Source: Candidatus Poribacteria bacterium (GTDB taxonomy: Bacteria > Poribacteria > WGA-4E > WGA-3G). Taken from it: DNA of 64,000 nt. A model generated the notes under the pieces. That model searched no databases. It was not told the origin of the DNA and was given only the letters and a program-made list of their open reading frames with translations. The stretch is taken from the NCBI GenBank assembly GCA_022824265.1, contig JAJEAG010000051.1, positions 12,818 through 76,817 on the forward strand, given 5' to 3'. The position numbers and the translations under genes are program-made. Of this stretch, positions 46,742 through 58,070 are shown one piece after another (position 1 is the first letter of the stretch; each line of letters opens with the position of its first letter).

Positions 46742-47743
46742 TTGAAACAGATCGCTTTAACAGGAATCAAACCGACAGGACAGCCGCATATCGGTAACTA
46801 TCTCGGTATGATCAAACCTGCTCTTGAACTTGCACAAGATTACCAAGCACTCTATTTTATCGCAGATTACCACGCGTTAACTACTGTGAAGAACAAAAAG
46901 GAATTGGAGGATTTAACATATCAGGCAACCGCAACGTGGTTGGCTTTAGGTCTGAATCCAGATGATGTTATCTTCTACCGTCAATCTGATATTCCAGAGG
47001 TTTTTGAGTTGGCGTGGGTATTAGCATGTTTTACTGCGAAAGGGTTGCTCAACCGCGCACATGCCTATAAAACAATAGTGGATGACAACGTTTCCGCAGG
47101 GCGCGAAGAGGATAAAGGTATCAATACGGGGTTGTATACATATCCTGTTTTAATGGCAGCAGATATACTGTTATATGGATCGCATGTTGTTCCTGTTGGA
47201 CTTGACCAACAGCAACACCTCGAAATTACGCGTGATGTTGCTATATTGTTTAATAAGACCTATCGTGAGGTGTTGGTCGTTCCAGAAGCAGTTATCCGGA
47301 AAGAGGTGATGACGATCACAGGACTTGATGGCAGAAAAATGAGCAAAAGTTATAACAATGTCATTCCAATCTTTGCGCCGTCAAGCCAAGTTCGCAAACA
47401 AGTCATGCGTATCGTGACAGATTCTAAACGTCCTGAAGAACCAAAAGATCCTGATGAATGTAATGTTTTTGCGATCTATCGGCATTTTGCTGACGACGAT
47501 GCAGTTGCGGCTAAACAACAACTCTATCTTGGTGGTGGTCTCGCCTATGGTGATATAAAAAAGGAATTGTTCGAGTTGTTGGAAACAACATTTTCTGCAC
47601 AACGTGAAGAGTATAATGTGTTGATGAAAAGTCGTGATGAACTGGACAAAGTGCTTGAAAAAGGTGCGGAGAAAGCGCGTGATATAGCTATACCTATTAT
47701 GACAAAAGTTCGAAAGGCTGTTGGTGTGACTGGTGCGCGGTAA
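46742..47743 (+). CDS. trpS: Tryptophan--tRNA ligase (TTG start)
   Basis: HIGN (HIGH-class) motif GQPHIGNYLG and KMSKS motif; 333 aa. Confidence 0.93.
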   Translation: MKQIALTGIKPTGQPHIGNYLGMIKPALELAQDYQALYFIADYHALTTVKNKKELEDLTYQATATWLALGLNPDDVIFYRQSDIPEVFELAWVLACFTAKGLLNRAHAYKTIVDDNVSAGREEDKGINTGLYTYPVLMAADILLYGSHVVPVGLDQQQHLEITRDVAILFNKTYREVLVVPEAVIRKEVMTITGLDGRKMSKSYNNVIPIFAPSSQVRKQVMRIVTDSKRPEEPKDPDECNVFAIYRHFADDDAVAAKQQLYLGGGLAYGDIKKELFELLETTFSAQREEYNVLMKSRDELDKVLEKGAEKARDIAIPIMTKVRKAVGVTGAR

Positions 47744-47846
47744 AATCATTTATCCTAATGTGATTATCCTATAGAAGAATCCACCATATTGCAAGTTTAC
47801 CACACTCCTGAACCAAATTTACAACTTTAATGACAAATGGGTTTCG

Positions 47847-49109
47847 TTATAATATCACAAACTCCATGAGTTGATGCGCTTCACGCAAGGATGCCTCTAC
47901 TGCCTCTGGTGTCTCGGCACGAACAAAGATGAAACCGAGATATTTGTCTCCTTCTGGTAAAGGTACGACCTCTCCACCTATAGGAATCGTGATGTTAACT
48001 TCCTCAATACCAGTGACAGCGCGTGCTTCCTTTTTCCCTCGGACATCACCCAATATACCAGCCTTTGGTACAGGAATCATCATAACACCCGCTGCCTGAT
48101 TCTCTCTGTTGAAAGTATCAACGGATTGTCCAATTGCATGTCGGATAACAAGTTCTTCCAATGACATTCCAGTACCAAATCGCAACGTGCGTGAACAGAG
48201 TCCACCAATCGTTCGCGCAGCAATTTCAATCAGATGTGCCCCTTTTTCGTTATAACGCAATTCTGCATGCACGGGTCCGTGTCGTAATCCAAGAGCAGCA
48301 GAAGTCTGTGCTGCAGCGCAGTACAACTCGTCTTGAATTTCTGTTGACAAACGCGAAGGCGTGATGTACAAAGTTTCCTCAAAATAAGGTCCTTCAAGCG
48401 GATCAGGTTTATCAAAGAGGGTAAGCGTTTTGAGTTCTCCATTTATGAGGATACCCTCTAACGCTACCTCTATACCCGGTATATAATCCTCAACGATAAG
48501 ATGTTGGAATCTCTCACTGTTATCGTCCATACCTCTGGTTTCCCTTACGGAATGGAGAAGTTTAGTAATCCGTTCAAATGCCTGAATAAATTGCCTTGGA
48601 TTATCTGCTCTGATTACCCCACGGCTTGCAGATAGGGACAATGGTTTGATCACACATGGAAAGTCTATTTGTGTGCTTATTTCGGTAATGTCATCGTGGA
48701 TAGAAAAGCGTTTATATTTTGGAACGGACACACCTTGTTCCGACAAAGTTTTCCGTAAAAGGTACTTATCGCGTGTCGCTTCTGCTGAGGATATTGGGTT
48801 ATGCGGAAGTCCAAGTGCTTCAGATGCAGTTGTTGCGAGAATAGTGGTGTCATCATCCACTCCGACAATTGCGGCTATCGGTTTTGTAGTAGCAAATTCT
48901 GTGATGATTTGTGTTGCTGTGGTGGGATCGCGGAAGTCAAGTACCAACGTGTCTGTAGGTGAGAGGTCAGCAGTTGTTGCAGGTTCCTCTGAGGCAATAA
49001 CGACTTCTACATCAAGTTTTCGTGCAGCATCAAGAAAGTCTGTTGCGCGGTAGGTTCGCGTAGGTAGGAGAAGAAGGACTCGCGGTTTTTCAGAGGATTG
49101 TACCGACAT
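47847..49109 (-). CDS. ATP-grasp domain protein (carboxylate-amine ligase-like)
   Basis: Pre-ATP-grasp N-domain PRVLLLLPTRTYRATDFL, central ATP-binding region (KPLSLSASRGV, EDYIPGIEVALEG), and C-terminal HGPVHAEL...IEIAAR. Confidence 0.7.
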   Translation of the reverse strand: MSVQSSEKPRVLLLLPTRTYRATDFLDAARKLDVEVVIASEEPATTADLSPTDTLVLDFRDPTTATQIITEFATTKPIAAIVGVDDDTTILATTASEALGLPHNPISSAEATRDKYLLRKTLSEQGVSVPKYKRFSIHDDITEISTQIDFPCVIKPLSLSASRGVIRADNPRQFIQAFERITKLLHSVRETRGMDDNSERFQHLIVEDYIPGIEVALEGILINGELKTLTLFDKPDPLEGPYFEETLYITPSRLSTEIQDELYCAAAQTSAALGLRHGPVHAELRYNEKGAHLIEIAARTIGGLCSRTLRFGTGMSLEELVIRHAIGQSVDTFNRENQAAGVMMIPVPKAGILGDVRGKKEARAVTGIEEVNITIPIGGEVVPLPEGDKYLGFIFVRAETPEAVEASLREAHQLMEFVIL

Positions 49110-49126
49110 GTTGAGACCGATAAATT

Positions 49127-49162
49127 GTAGGTTGGATTAAACATTAACAAAACCCAACCTAC
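49127..49162. repeat. Stem-loop GTAGGTTGG(18-nt loop)CCAACCTAC between two minus-strand genes
   Basis: 9-bp perfect stem; same arm sequence as the hairpins at 9341 and 35966. Confidence 0.5.
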
Positions 49163-49175
49163 AAAATGAGAAGCA

Positions 49176-50129
49176 TTAACTTTGTGTTCGGATTTTTTTC
49201 TGATAATCTGCATGTGCAGTTTGCGGATCAGACTCACCATCCAGCACACGACGAAGACATTGAACAAAACTGATCGGGTCATCTTCACCAAAAATTGTGC
49301 GTCCGAATAGAATTGCACGTCCACCATTCTGTACTACGTTATGGGCAAGGGCAAACGTGCTTCGTGCATTTTGTCTTGGACCACCCAATGCCCCGATAAC
49401 GAGCGTCGTATCAAATTGGCATAATTCTGTCCAGACTTCCGAGGTTGTGTATGCCGTCTTGATAAAACGAGGACGTTGGTGTTTACGGAGATAACTCATC
49501 GTACGAACAATGGAATCAGCAACGTACATACCACGTTTTTCTTCATCCATTCCCGGTAATTTTACATTTGGCAAAAACACCTCTAATAGATGGTCAAAAC
49601 CCTCGATTTCACCTACAACATGAGCAAACTGCACATAAGCCTGCAGCATCCGTTCATCAACAATAGGGTCGTTATTGAGGGTAATAGAATATAAACCAAG
49701 GTTGACTTTACATTCAAGTGCAGGACCGATCAGTGCTTCACAATACCTTTGCATGTCTTCTGGAAACACTGTTTGAAAAGGCATTGAAGGTCGCGAGGTA
49801 TAAACACCGAAACGTGGGTTCCAAATAGCGGTTTCCGAGTTCATACGTACAATAGGTGTGATAGGTGTGTTTTCAAACAGGTTCTCTTCAAGTGCAAGTG
49901 TCTCTGAATCTGCAGGTGTCATTAATAGTCCATCAAGCAGTCCGTCTGCGACGAGGTCACGTTGCAGTTGTAAAAACTCCGCATGTGTGCGATAGTGCGG
50001 TTTTGGATGTTGGACTTGTCCAAGTCCCTTTATTCCTGCTGATGCCAATGGATCTGCAGCGAATACAAGTATAGGACTCTGTGCAATCAGGTCTTCATCA
50101 GCAAGTTTCTCATATATCCGGTTGCCCAT
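49176..50129 (-). CDS. TIM-barrel protein resembling class I aldolases of the DeoC/LacD/DhnA family (tentative)
   Basis: C-terminal GGRAILFGRTIFGEDDP resembles the GRN.FQ region of DhnA-type aldolases. Weak elsewhere. Confidence 0.4.
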   Translation of the reverse strand: MGNRIYEKLADEDLIAQSPILVFAADPLASAGIKGLGQVQHPKPHYRTHAEFLQLQRDLVADGLLDGLLMTPADSETLALEENLFENTPITPIVRMNSETAIWNPRFGVYTSRPSMPFQTVFPEDMQRYCEALIGPALECKVNLGLYSITLNNDPIVDERMLQAYVQFAHVVGEIEGFDHLLEVFLPNVKLPGMDEEKRGMYVADSIVRTMSYLRKHQRPRFIKTAYTTSEVWTELCQFDTTLVIGALGGPRQNARSTFALAHNVVQNGGRAILFGRTIFGEDDPISFVQCLRRVLDGESDPQTAHADYQKKIRTQS

Positions 50130-50211
50130 AAATTATAAATTCCTTTAAGTATAGCGCGGAGAATACGCAGAATAATGCTTATGTCTACCCGCACATTAGA
50201 TTATATTCGTA

Positions 50212-52746
50212 TTATAAAGTATTTGTAGGATCAATATCTATAATAAATTCAATAACGTTTGATTTAATTTCCTTCGGCATCTCATCGTTAAAAAGTTGAA
50301 AGAGTTCACAGATTTTTTTTACATTCTGACATCGGAATAGAAAACGCCATCGATACTTACTATCAATTTTTGAAAGTGGCGCGGGTGCTGGACCTAAGAT
50401 TTTTACCTCTGGAAACCGATCAGTTTGTAGAGTTTCAAGATAATCACGAACAGCATTTGAAGTATCAATTACCTCTTTTTCATTTTCACCACGGAGCAGA
50501 AGGGTTGCTACATGACTGTATGGAGGGTATTGTAAAGCATTTCGTTCTTCTACCTCTTTTTCATAGAAACCGATGTAATCATGCTGTTTTACAGCAGTGA
50601 TACAGTAGTGGTCTGGTAAATATGTTTGAATGATTACCTCTCCTGCAGTTTCTGCGCGTCCTGAACGACCGGCAACTTGTGTGAGGAGACTAAAAGTTTG
50701 TTCACCCGCGCGGAAATCGGGTAAATTCAAGGCAGTATCCGCAACAACAACCCCAACAAGGCTTACATTTGGGAAATCTAATCCTTTTGACACCATTTGG
50801 GTACCGATTAGTATATCAATTTCCTGTCGTTCAAATGCTTCCAAAATATGTTGGTGTGCGTTTTTTCGGGTAGTCGTATCTGCGTCAAATCTTTGTACTT
50901 TCGCCATAGGATAGGATTTAATTACCTCCTGTTCTACGGTTTCAGTGCCGAATCCTTTACGTCCAAAATAGTCTATTACAGTACCGTTACAGTCAGGGCA
51001 TGAAGGATGCGTATCGCGCTTATGACCACAATGATGGCAAACCAATTGCTTAGTTTCAAAATGAAAGGTCAAGGAAATTGAGCAATTCAAACATCTCTCT
51101 ACATACCCACAAGTGCGACAGAATACATACTTTGAATGCCCACGCCTATTTAAAAACAATATAGTTTGTTCCTGCTTTTCTAACCTTTCTGCGATTGCGT
51201 TTCTGAGATATTCGGAGAAGATAGTGCGGTTACCTTTTTTTAGTTCATTTCTCATATCAACAATATGAACTTCAGGCATTTTTCTATCCATCACACGATT
51301 TGGTAATTTTAGTAGTTTATATGTGCCATTTTTTGCGTGAAAAAAACTTTCAAGTGATGGCGTTGCACTACCAAGTACTAATGGACAGTTGGAAAGTTCG
51401 GAACGCTTTTGAGCTACCTCCCGCGCATGATAACGAGGCGCGGTATCTGATTTATACGAATCGGAATGTTCCTCATCAATAACCAGTAAACCGAGTTGCT
51501 TAACCGGTGCGAAGATGGCAGAACGAGGTCCTATGACAATATCTGCTTCACCTTTCTGGATACGATGCCATTGGTCAAAACGTTCACCATCACTGAGTCG
51601 ACTGTGAAGCAAGGCAACCCGTTCACCAAAACGTCCAATAAACCTTGATGTGGTTTGCGGAGTCAGTGAAATCTCAGGCACAAGAACGATAGCCGATTTA
51701 CCATTCTCAAGTATATGTGCTATTGCTTGCATATATACTTCAGTTTTTCCGCTTCCAGTTACACCGTGTAGTAGAAAGCTTTGTTTTGACTCATCTTCGG
51801 ACTGAAGTGCATTTAGAATTTCTCTGAATGCATCGGATTGAGAAGGATTTAATGTATAAGGCTGTGTAGGAGCGACAGGTTGTTGACTTAAGGGATTTCG
51901 CACCGCTGCTGCGCGTGAAATCTTAATGAATCCGCGTCTTTCAAGAGTACGGAGAAGTGAAGGACTTGCTTTTACCTGCTTTGCGAGCTCTGCAATGGTT
52001 AATGGTATACCTTCGTCAAGCAGAATTTGAAGAATCTCAGCATGTTTTAGCGCAGCTGCGTGAGGAACTCGTTTTTTAGGTTTATTCGTAGACTGTTCAT
52101 ATCCGTCACTGCCGGTCGTCAGTTCGGCAATTTCATTCTCTATATCGGCATGCGGCAATGCTAATTCAGCGACATTGGTAAACTGCGATGTAGCTTTAGG
52201 TTTATGGCTGACGATTTCTTCAACGACACCTTTTTGTTTGAGTGTAGTAATTTTAGGACGGAGATTGGCGTAAGTTATACCAAGCCGACGTGCAAGTTGA
52301 TTCAGTGTTAACTCTTCCGCTGATTCCAATACTGCAACGATCTTTTTTTGAATTTTCCCTATTGGGGGAGTGTATTCAGGACATAATCTGACCAGTTTCT
52401 GCTTCTGATTGCGAACTGCTGAAGGCACTGCACAATAGAGAGCATTACCCCACGAAGTTAGGTAGTAATCTGACATCCATTTGGTGAGTGACAGTAATTC
52501 CTCAGAATATGTTGGGGTATCATCAAGACATTCAGATATGTTCTTAATCTTGTTTGCGGATAAATCGGTTTCATCAATACGTTCTACGACAACACCTTCC
52601 TGAGCACTTCCGTGAAATGAAGCAAGAACACGCATACCGGGTTGTATAATTGTATCCAAGTGTTGTGGGACAGCGTAAGTAAACAGTCGGTTGACTGCGA
52701 TTGGGAAAGCAACATTGGCGTAACTCATATCTCTTACTCTTTCCAA
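50212..52746 (-). CDS. priA: Primosomal protein N' (PriA helicase)
   Basis: Walker A HGVTGSGKTEVY, DEEH box, and a zinc-binding cysteine cluster CRTCGYVERCLNCSISLTFH...CHHCGH...CPDCNG. Confidence 0.9.
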   Translation of the reverse strand: MERVRDMSYANVAFPIAVNRLFTYAVPQHLDTIIQPGMRVLASFHGSAQEGVVVERIDETDLSANKIKNISECLDDTPTYSEELLSLTKWMSDYYLTSWGNALYCAVPSAVRNQKQKLVRLCPEYTPPIGKIQKKIVAVLESAEELTLNQLARRLGITYANLRPKITTLKQKGVVEEIVSHKPKATSQFTNVAELALPHADIENEIAELTTGSDGYEQSTNKPKKRVPHAAALKHAEILQILLDEGIPLTIAELAKQVKASPSLLRTLERRGFIKISRAAAVRNPLSQQPVAPTQPYTLNPSQSDAFREILNALQSEDESKQSFLLHGVTGSGKTEVYMQAIAHILENGKSAIVLVPEISLTPQTTSRFIGRFGERVALLHSRLSDGERFDQWHRIQKGEADIVIGPRSAIFAPVKQLGLLVIDEEHSDSYKSDTAPRYHAREVAQKRSELSNCPLVLGSATPSLESFFHAKNGTYKLLKLPNRVMDRKMPEVHIVDMRNELKKGNRTIFSEYLRNAIAERLEKQEQTILFLNRRGHSKYVFCRTCGYVERCLNCSISLTFHFETKQLVCHHCGHKRDTHPSCPDCNGTVIDYFGRKGFGTETVEQEVIKSYPMAKVQRFDADTTTRKNAHQHILEAFERQEIDILIGTQMVSKGLDFPNVSLVGVVVADTALNLPDFRAGEQTFSLLTQVAGRSGRAETAGEVIIQTYLPDHYCITAVKQHDYIGFYEKEVEERNALQYPPYSHVATLLLRGENEKEVIDTSNAVRDYLETLQTDRFPEVKILGPAPAPLSKIDSKYRWRFLFRCQNVKKICELFQLFNDEMPKEIKSNVIEFIIDIDPTNTL

Positions 52747-52784
52747 ATCACCGGAATGTGGAATCCGACTCCTGATGTTGTAAC

Positions 52785-53495
52785 TTAAGACTTATGATTT
52801 TCTAAATATTCCATTACCTGTTGCATATCTTTCCAGACTTCGCGCTTAGCACTTTGGTTTCTAAGCAGATACGCAGGATGAAATGTCGGCATAACAACTG
52901 GGGGATTCTCACTCTGTTTTGTCAGGGCATATTCATGAAACTTACCACGAAGTGCCGAAATACTTGTATTAGTATCAAGTAACATCTTCGCTGCAAAACT
53001 CCCAAGTGCTACAATGATTTTTGGTTGAATTAACGTAATTTGCCGAATCAGGTATGGGCTGCATGTCTCTACCTCATCTGGAGCAGGATTTCTGTTGCCG
53101 GGAGGACGGCATTTTAGCACGTTTGCGATGTAGACATCCTCGCGTGTAAATTTCATCGCCTTAATAATATCTGTGAGTAATTTTCCTGCTCTACCGACAA
53201 AAGGTTCCCCTTGCCTATCTTCATCTGCCCCTGGGGCTTCTCCAACAAACATAAGGTCAGCATTTGGGTTACCTACACCAAAAACAACAGAATTTCTATC
53301 TTCATGTAATCCACATTTAACACAACTTTGCGCATCATCATTTAGTGCTGATAGGTCTAAGTCAGCGTATTTCTGTTCAGGTTCTGATTCGTTTATTTCT
53401 GCTTCAAACAAACCGAATTCCAGTTGTTCAGACACGTATTCCCTCACAGTCGCAACTAAATTTAGATATTCTTCTTTAGGATCGTTGCTTTCCAT
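52785..53495 (-). CDS. Uracil-DNA glycosylase, family 4
   Basis: [23 protein letters not shown] motif and N-terminal CVKCGLHE iron-sulfur cysteines. Confidence 0.85.
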   Translation of the reverse strand: MESNDPKEEYLNLVATVREYVSEQLEFGLFEAEINESEPEQKYADLDLSALNDDAQSCVKCGLHEDRNSVVFGVGNPNADLMFVGEAPGADEDRQGEPFVGRAGKLLTDIIKAMKFTREDVYIANVLKCRPPGNRNPAPDEVETCSPYLIRQITLIQPKIIVALGSFAAKMLLDTNTSISALRGKFHEYALTKQSENPPVVMPTFHPAYLLRNQSAKREVWKDMQQVMEYLENHKS

Positions 53496-53515
53496 GTGTA
53501 TCTCTTACAATTATA

Positions 53516-55222
53516 TTAGTTTCGCAATTTATCAAATAACGTTAGACTGTCAAACCAAGTTATATATAAGAATAGTGCAATGATAAGGACAACGCTAACC
53601 TGCTGTATAATTGCTTGAGCTTTAAGGGGTACTGGACGTCCCCATAGTTTTTCCACAGCGAAAAATAGAAGGTGTCCGCCATCCGCAATTGGAATAGGTA
53701 ATAGATTAACTATCGCCAAATTTATGCTGATAAAACCGATGAAAAAGAGAATAGTGGATAAACCAACACTTGCGAACATACGGCTTGTCACATCTGCAAT
53801 ACCTATGGGACCTGTAAGATATTTTGGTGACACTTCTCCACCAATTAATTGTTTTAATGTTCTGGTAATAGATGTGAAAGTAAGCCAAGTGGTTTCACAT
53901 CCCTTCCAGAATGCAGAAAAGAAATTAAATTCAGGTAACGGAGGTCCCTCTAATTTCATTCCACTTAGATAGGTCGCCCATCTAATGCCATAAAAAGTGT
54001 TTTCTTCATCCTTATCAGATCTTTCTGTGGGAGAAATTGTAAACGTCTTTTCAACGCCATTTCGAAGAACACCAAGTGATATGGGGACATCTCCTGCCTT
54101 TTCCAACTGTGTGTAGAGCGAGGTGCTATCAACAGAAGATCCGTTGATACTTAGCAGAACATCTCTGTCTTTAATCCCTGCCTTTGCAGCAGTACTCTTG
54201 TTTTGAACAAGAGTTTTTATCTGCCAAGTGACAGGTAGATCAATTGTAAGTTTTTCAAAGGTGTCTTTCTCAACATTCCTGCGTATACCAAGTTCAAGTG
54301 CCCCTTGTTTCTGATTAATTTGATTGTAATATGCTTGATACGATCGACCACGCCAGTCAATATCAGAACGCCAAATCATCGGATTAAATACCGGAACGGT
54401 ATACAATTTTTGCATATCTATGGTTTCTATTTGATCTCCAACCATTATACCCGCTTGTTCTGCCAAACTACCTTCAACAACATCAGAAACGAAAACATCA
54501 CTGGCGGTACTAACCTCTATGATACCGTATTCTCCTCTTGAAATAGATTCTACCTTTGGTACTACAGCAAGTGTTTTCAATTCATTATCACGCTGCACAA
54601 CAAGTTCTAATTCCTTATTAGGATTAGTAAAAATTTTGGTTTGAAAAGCAGCAAAATTTGTTATTGGGTCGTTATTTATAGATACAATTGTATCACCCCG
54701 CATCACCCCGCCGACACCAGCAGGTCCATCCTCAGAAAGCATTCCTATCTGTACAGATTCCTGTTGTTCGTGAAATGATTGTCCTGTCAAACGACTGATA
54801 AGTCCCGCTGAATCATTGTTGAGTCCAATGCCAAAAACGAACCAGTATGCTAAAATTCCGAATAATAGGTTGACAGCAGGACCTGCAATGACAACAAAGG
54901 CGCGTTTGCCAAGGGATGCACTCGCAAATTCACCTTCAGTCCCTGTTTGTTCGCTTGGATTCTCACCCTCCATTTGTACGTATCCACCAAATGGTAAGAG
55001 AGATAATTTGTATAGTGTTTCTCCATGTGTAAATCCAACAATTTTTGGACCAAAGCCGAGTGAAAATGTATTTACTTTAATCCCTGATCGTTTTGCAGCG
55101 AGAAAATGTCCGAGTTCATGAATAAAAATTAAAAAACCAAGTGGTATTATAGCAAGCAATATTGCTTTGATAGCGGGTAATATAGAGAGTACTATATTGA
55201 TTATAGGTTGTAAGAATTCCAT
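53516..55222 (-). CDS. rseP: RIP metalloprotease RseP (site-2 protease, M50 family) with multiple PDZ domains
   Basis: [10 protein letters not shown] HExxH motif in TM1, PDZ segments, and a C-terminal LDG-type motif region. Confidence 0.88.
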   Translation of the reverse strand: MEFLQPIINIVLSILPAIKAILLAIIPLGFLIFIHELGHFLAAKRSGIKVNTFSLGFGPKIVGFTHGETLYKLSLLPFGGYVQMEGENPSEQTGTEGEFASASLGKRAFVVIAGPAVNLLFGILAYWFVFGIGLNNDSAGLISRLTGQSFHEQQESVQIGMLSEDGPAGVGGVMRGDTIVSINNDPITNFAAFQTKIFTNPNKELELVVQRDNELKTLAVVPKVESISRGEYGIIEVSTASDVFVSDVVEGSLAEQAGIMVGDQIETIDMQKLYTVPVFNPMIWRSDIDWRGRSYQAYYNQINQKQGALELGIRRNVEKDTFEKLTIDLPVTWQIKTLVQNKSTAAKAGIKDRDVLLSINGSSVDSTSLYTQLEKAGDVPISLGVLRNGVEKTFTISPTERSDKDEENTFYGIRWATYLSGMKLEGPPLPEFNFFSAFWKGCETTWLTFTSITRTLKQLIGGEVSPKYLTGPIGIADVTSRMFASVGLSTILFFIGFISINLAIVNLLPIPIADGGHLLFFAVEKLWGRPVPLKAQAIIQQVSVVLIIALFLYITWFDSLTLFDKLRN

Positions 55223-55285
55223 TTTTATCTCCTATTTATGACTGCAGAGTATGTTAGTGTTCTAATGTATTATGTTAAATGTTCA

Positions 55286-56452
55286 CTATTTTTTAGCATT
55301 TATGATTGAAAGAGTAGTTGATTTTGCCCATTTATCTACTTCAAGGATATCCTCAAGTGAGGGTTTTGATATTACATCATGTCTGTCCATTATGCACTGT
55401 AATATATAAGGAATATCCATAAATCCAATCCGTTCATTAAGAAAGGCATTGACGACGATTTCGTCAGCACTGCTCAGAACAACAGGAAGTGTGCCTCCAA
55501 CCTCTGCAGCAGAATACGCAAGTGATATACAAGGGAACTTATCTTTATCAACCGGTTCGAAATGCAACGTACGTGATTCACGTAAATCTAATCGTGCAAC
55601 TGGTGTTGGTAGTCTATCGGGATATGTCAAAGCATACTGTATCATAATCCGCATATCCGTAGGACCAAGCTGTGCAAGTGTTGAACCGTCTGTCCATTCG
55701 ACCATTGAGTGGACGATGCTTTCCCTGTGCACAACAATGTCTATTTTATCAAGTTCAATATCAAACAACCATTTTGCCTCAATTACTTCCAATCCTTTGT
55801 TCATCATGGTTGCTGAATCAATCGTTATTTTTGATCCCATATCCCAATTGGGATGATTTAGAGCTTGTTGTGGTGTTACATTGTAGAGTTCATCTTTTGG
55901 AACATCACGAAAAGGACCGCCAGAAGCAGTTAATAATAACTGATGTATATCGGATTGTTTGTCGCGCGCACCCTCTAAACATTGGAAAATTGCACTCATT
56001 TCACCATCAATAGGGATTAAGTTAACACCGTTCCTTTGGACTGCCTCCATGACAATAGGTCCACACATCACCATTACCTCTTTATTGACAAAGGCGATGT
56101 CTTTTCCTGCGTTGATAGCAGCAAGCGTTGGTAATAATCCTGCACTACCGCCCATCCCATCTAATACCTGTTCGGCTTCAGTAATAGTGGCTACTGCCAG
56201 AATTCCCTCATTTCCAGATAGGACTTCGGTGTCTTTGATATCCCGTAATCTATCACGAAGACAATTGGCTGCGTCAGAGTCATTTAGAGCGGCTAACCTT
56301 GGACGATATTGTCTAATCTGTTGTTCAAGGGTATCAACATCTTTGTTTGCAGCAAGAGCAACAACCTTGAATTCATCACGGTGCTTTTCAACAACGTCAA
56401 GTGTGTTTTTTCCAATAGAACCAGTACTACCTAAAATAGCTATGTGCTTCAT
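55286..56452 (-). CDS. dxr: 1-deoxy-D-xylulose 5-phosphate reductoisomerase
   Basis: N-terminal ILGSTGSIGKNTLDV NADPH motif and Dxr-family collinearity. Confidence 0.93.
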   Translation of the reverse strand: MKHIAILGSTGSIGKNTLDVVEKHRDEFKVVALAANKDVDTLEQQIRQYRPRLAALNDSDAANCLRDRLRDIKDTEVLSGNEGILAVATITEAEQVLDGMGGSAGLLPTLAAINAGKDIAFVNKEVMVMCGPIVMEAVQRNGVNLIPIDGEMSAIFQCLEGARDKQSDIHQLLLTASGGPFRDVPKDELYNVTPQQALNHPNWDMGSKITIDSATMMNKGLEVIEAKWLFDIELDKIDIVVHRESIVHSMVEWTDGSTLAQLGPTDMRIMIQYALTYPDRLPTPVARLDLRESRTLHFEPVDKDKFPCISLAYSAAEVGGTLPVVLSSADEIVVNAFLNERIGFMDIPYILQCIMDRHDVISKPSLEDILEVDKWAKSTTLSIINAKK

Positions 56453-56576
56453 GTGAATTGATTATGGTGGCAGTGCAAAAGCAATGCGTTTGTAAGTAGA
56501 TAAGTTCTATAGATAGTGTTTGACAACGCTAAAATATTGGGATAAATGAAAATCAACCAGTATCTACTCGTTTGAA

Positions 56577-57416
56577 CTATAATAAATTGAAAAAACCTGC
56601 GAACTCAATATAGTAATATAGAACAGGAGAACTAAAAATCAAACTATCACATCTATCAAGGAAACCACCGTGCCCAGGGATAACATCCCCAGAATCCTTG
56701 ACACCAATAGTCCGTTTCATAAGCGATACACTCAAATCACCAAGTGGTCCCAGAACACTCAATAGTAAACCTATGACGGCAGCGTTTAATAGCGAAAGTG
56801 TTTCATTTAGAAAAATAAGACTGAACACTATACTGGTTATGGTTCCAACGACTACACCAGCAATAGTACCTTCAACCGTTTTACGCGGACTAATCTGTGA
56901 ACTGAGTTTATGTTTGCCGACCGCTCTACCAATGAGATAAGCTCCAGTATCACTACACCAAACCGTTCCAATAAGTAAAAAGATAAGGTGCATACCGATG
57001 TCATCAATTTTACGTAGCAGAATACAGTGATAACCAAATACCCAACCGATAGTCAGAATACCTGTAAGTTTTAGAGTGACTGTAAGTAACTCACCTGCTA
57101 CTTCTCCCCGGTAAATGCTTGATGCGAAAGCATATATAAACACAATGAGGATGTAACTGAACATCACCATTGATATTTTGTCAGGTTCAATCGGTGAATC
57201 TAAGAAAAACGCGCATAAGCAGAATCCTACCGTAAGGATGGATGGGATAACCGGATTTATTTTTTCGCTGAGGTGTTGTGAGAGTCTGCAGTATTCAACC
57301 TGCATCATCAGGACAGCGGCGGAAACAAGAAGCAAGTATAACCATTGTCCCAAGTAGATTAACAAAAGGACAAGCGGAACCAGCACAACAACGCTCAAAG
57401 TTCGCCGCCAAAACAT
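56577..57416 (-). CDS. cdsA: Phosphatidate cytidylyltransferase
   Basis: Polytopic membrane protein with the C-terminal signature PGHGGFLDRCDSLIF. Confidence 0.85.
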   Translation of the reverse strand: MFWRRTLSVVVLVPLVLLLIYLGQWLYLLLVSAAVLMMQVEYCRLSQHLSEKINPVIPSILTVGFCLCAFFLDSPIEPDKISMVMFSYILIVFIYAFASSIYRGEVAGELLTVTLKLTGILTIGWVFGYHCILLRKIDDIGMHLIFLLIGTVWCSDTGAYLIGRAVGKHKLSSQISPRKTVEGTIAGVVVGTITSIVFSLIFLNETLSLLNAAVIGLLLSVLGPLGDLSVSLMKRTIGVKDSGDVIPGHGGFLDRCDSLIFSSPVLYYYIEFAGFFNLL

Positions 57417-57418
57417 AA

Positions 57419-58006
57419 TTAGTTCTCTAAGAGTTCAGCTTCTTTGGCATCGGCTAAATCATTAATTTGGTTAATATAGGTATCAGTTAAATTCTGGACC
57501 GGGTCAGAATCACTCCGACTACTCTTTTTATCGCCCCCCCGACCTTTGCTTCTCCTACTTCCAGAACCAGCATCACTACCTTCTAATTTACGGATTGCAT
57601 CGTTCGCATCACGACGAATGTTGCGAATAGCAACTCTGCCTTCCTCAGCTAACTTTTTGACAAGCTTGGTAAGTTCAACACGTCGTTCGGTGGTTAATTC
57701 TGGAACTTGAATCCGAATAAGGCTTCCATCGTTGCTCGTGGCTAACCCCAAATCAGATTGGGCAATTGCTTTTTCTATTTCAGTAATTAATGTCTTATCC
57801 CAAGGTTGTATAACGAGTTGACGCGGTTCGGGTGCGGTAATTGTGCCAACTTGGTTTAATGGAGTCTTACTACCATAATAGTTGATTGTAACTTGGTCTA
57901 ACAGTGCTGTGGTAGCACGACCCGTTTGAATGTGTGACAATTTTGTTGTAGTGGACTCAACTGTTTTTTTCATGCGTGATTCAGCATTTTGTAGTGCTTC
58001 TTGCAT
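57419..58006 (-). CDS. frr: Ribosome recycling factor, with a Ser/Gly/Arg-rich insertion near the C-terminus
   Basis: Frr family collinearity (VAIRNIRRDANDAIRKLE ... LTDTYINQINDLADAKEAELL). The insert reads GSDAGSGSRRSKGRGGDKKSSRSDSD. Confidence 0.88.
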   Translation of the reverse strand: MQEALQNAESRMKKTVESTTTKLSHIQTGRATTALLDQVTINYYGSKTPLNQVGTITAPEPRQLVIQPWDKTLITEIEKAIAQSDLGLATSNDGSLIRIQVPELTTERRVELTKLVKKLAEEGRVAIRNIRRDANDAIRKLEGSDAGSGSRRSKGRGGDKKSSRSDSDPVQNLTDTYINQINDLADAKEAELLEN

Positions 58007-58070
58007 CTGAATATCCTATTCCTTTCTGTTTCATAGATTCCGAAGTCTGCTATGCTGTCTGTAATGAAAT

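Noticed and set aside
50212-52746. PriA appearing unusually long, with extra winged-helix-like segments
   Set aside because: PriA proteins normally carry a winged-helix domain after the 3'-DNA-binding domain. The length of 844 aa is within the range for the family, so this is not clearly anomalous.
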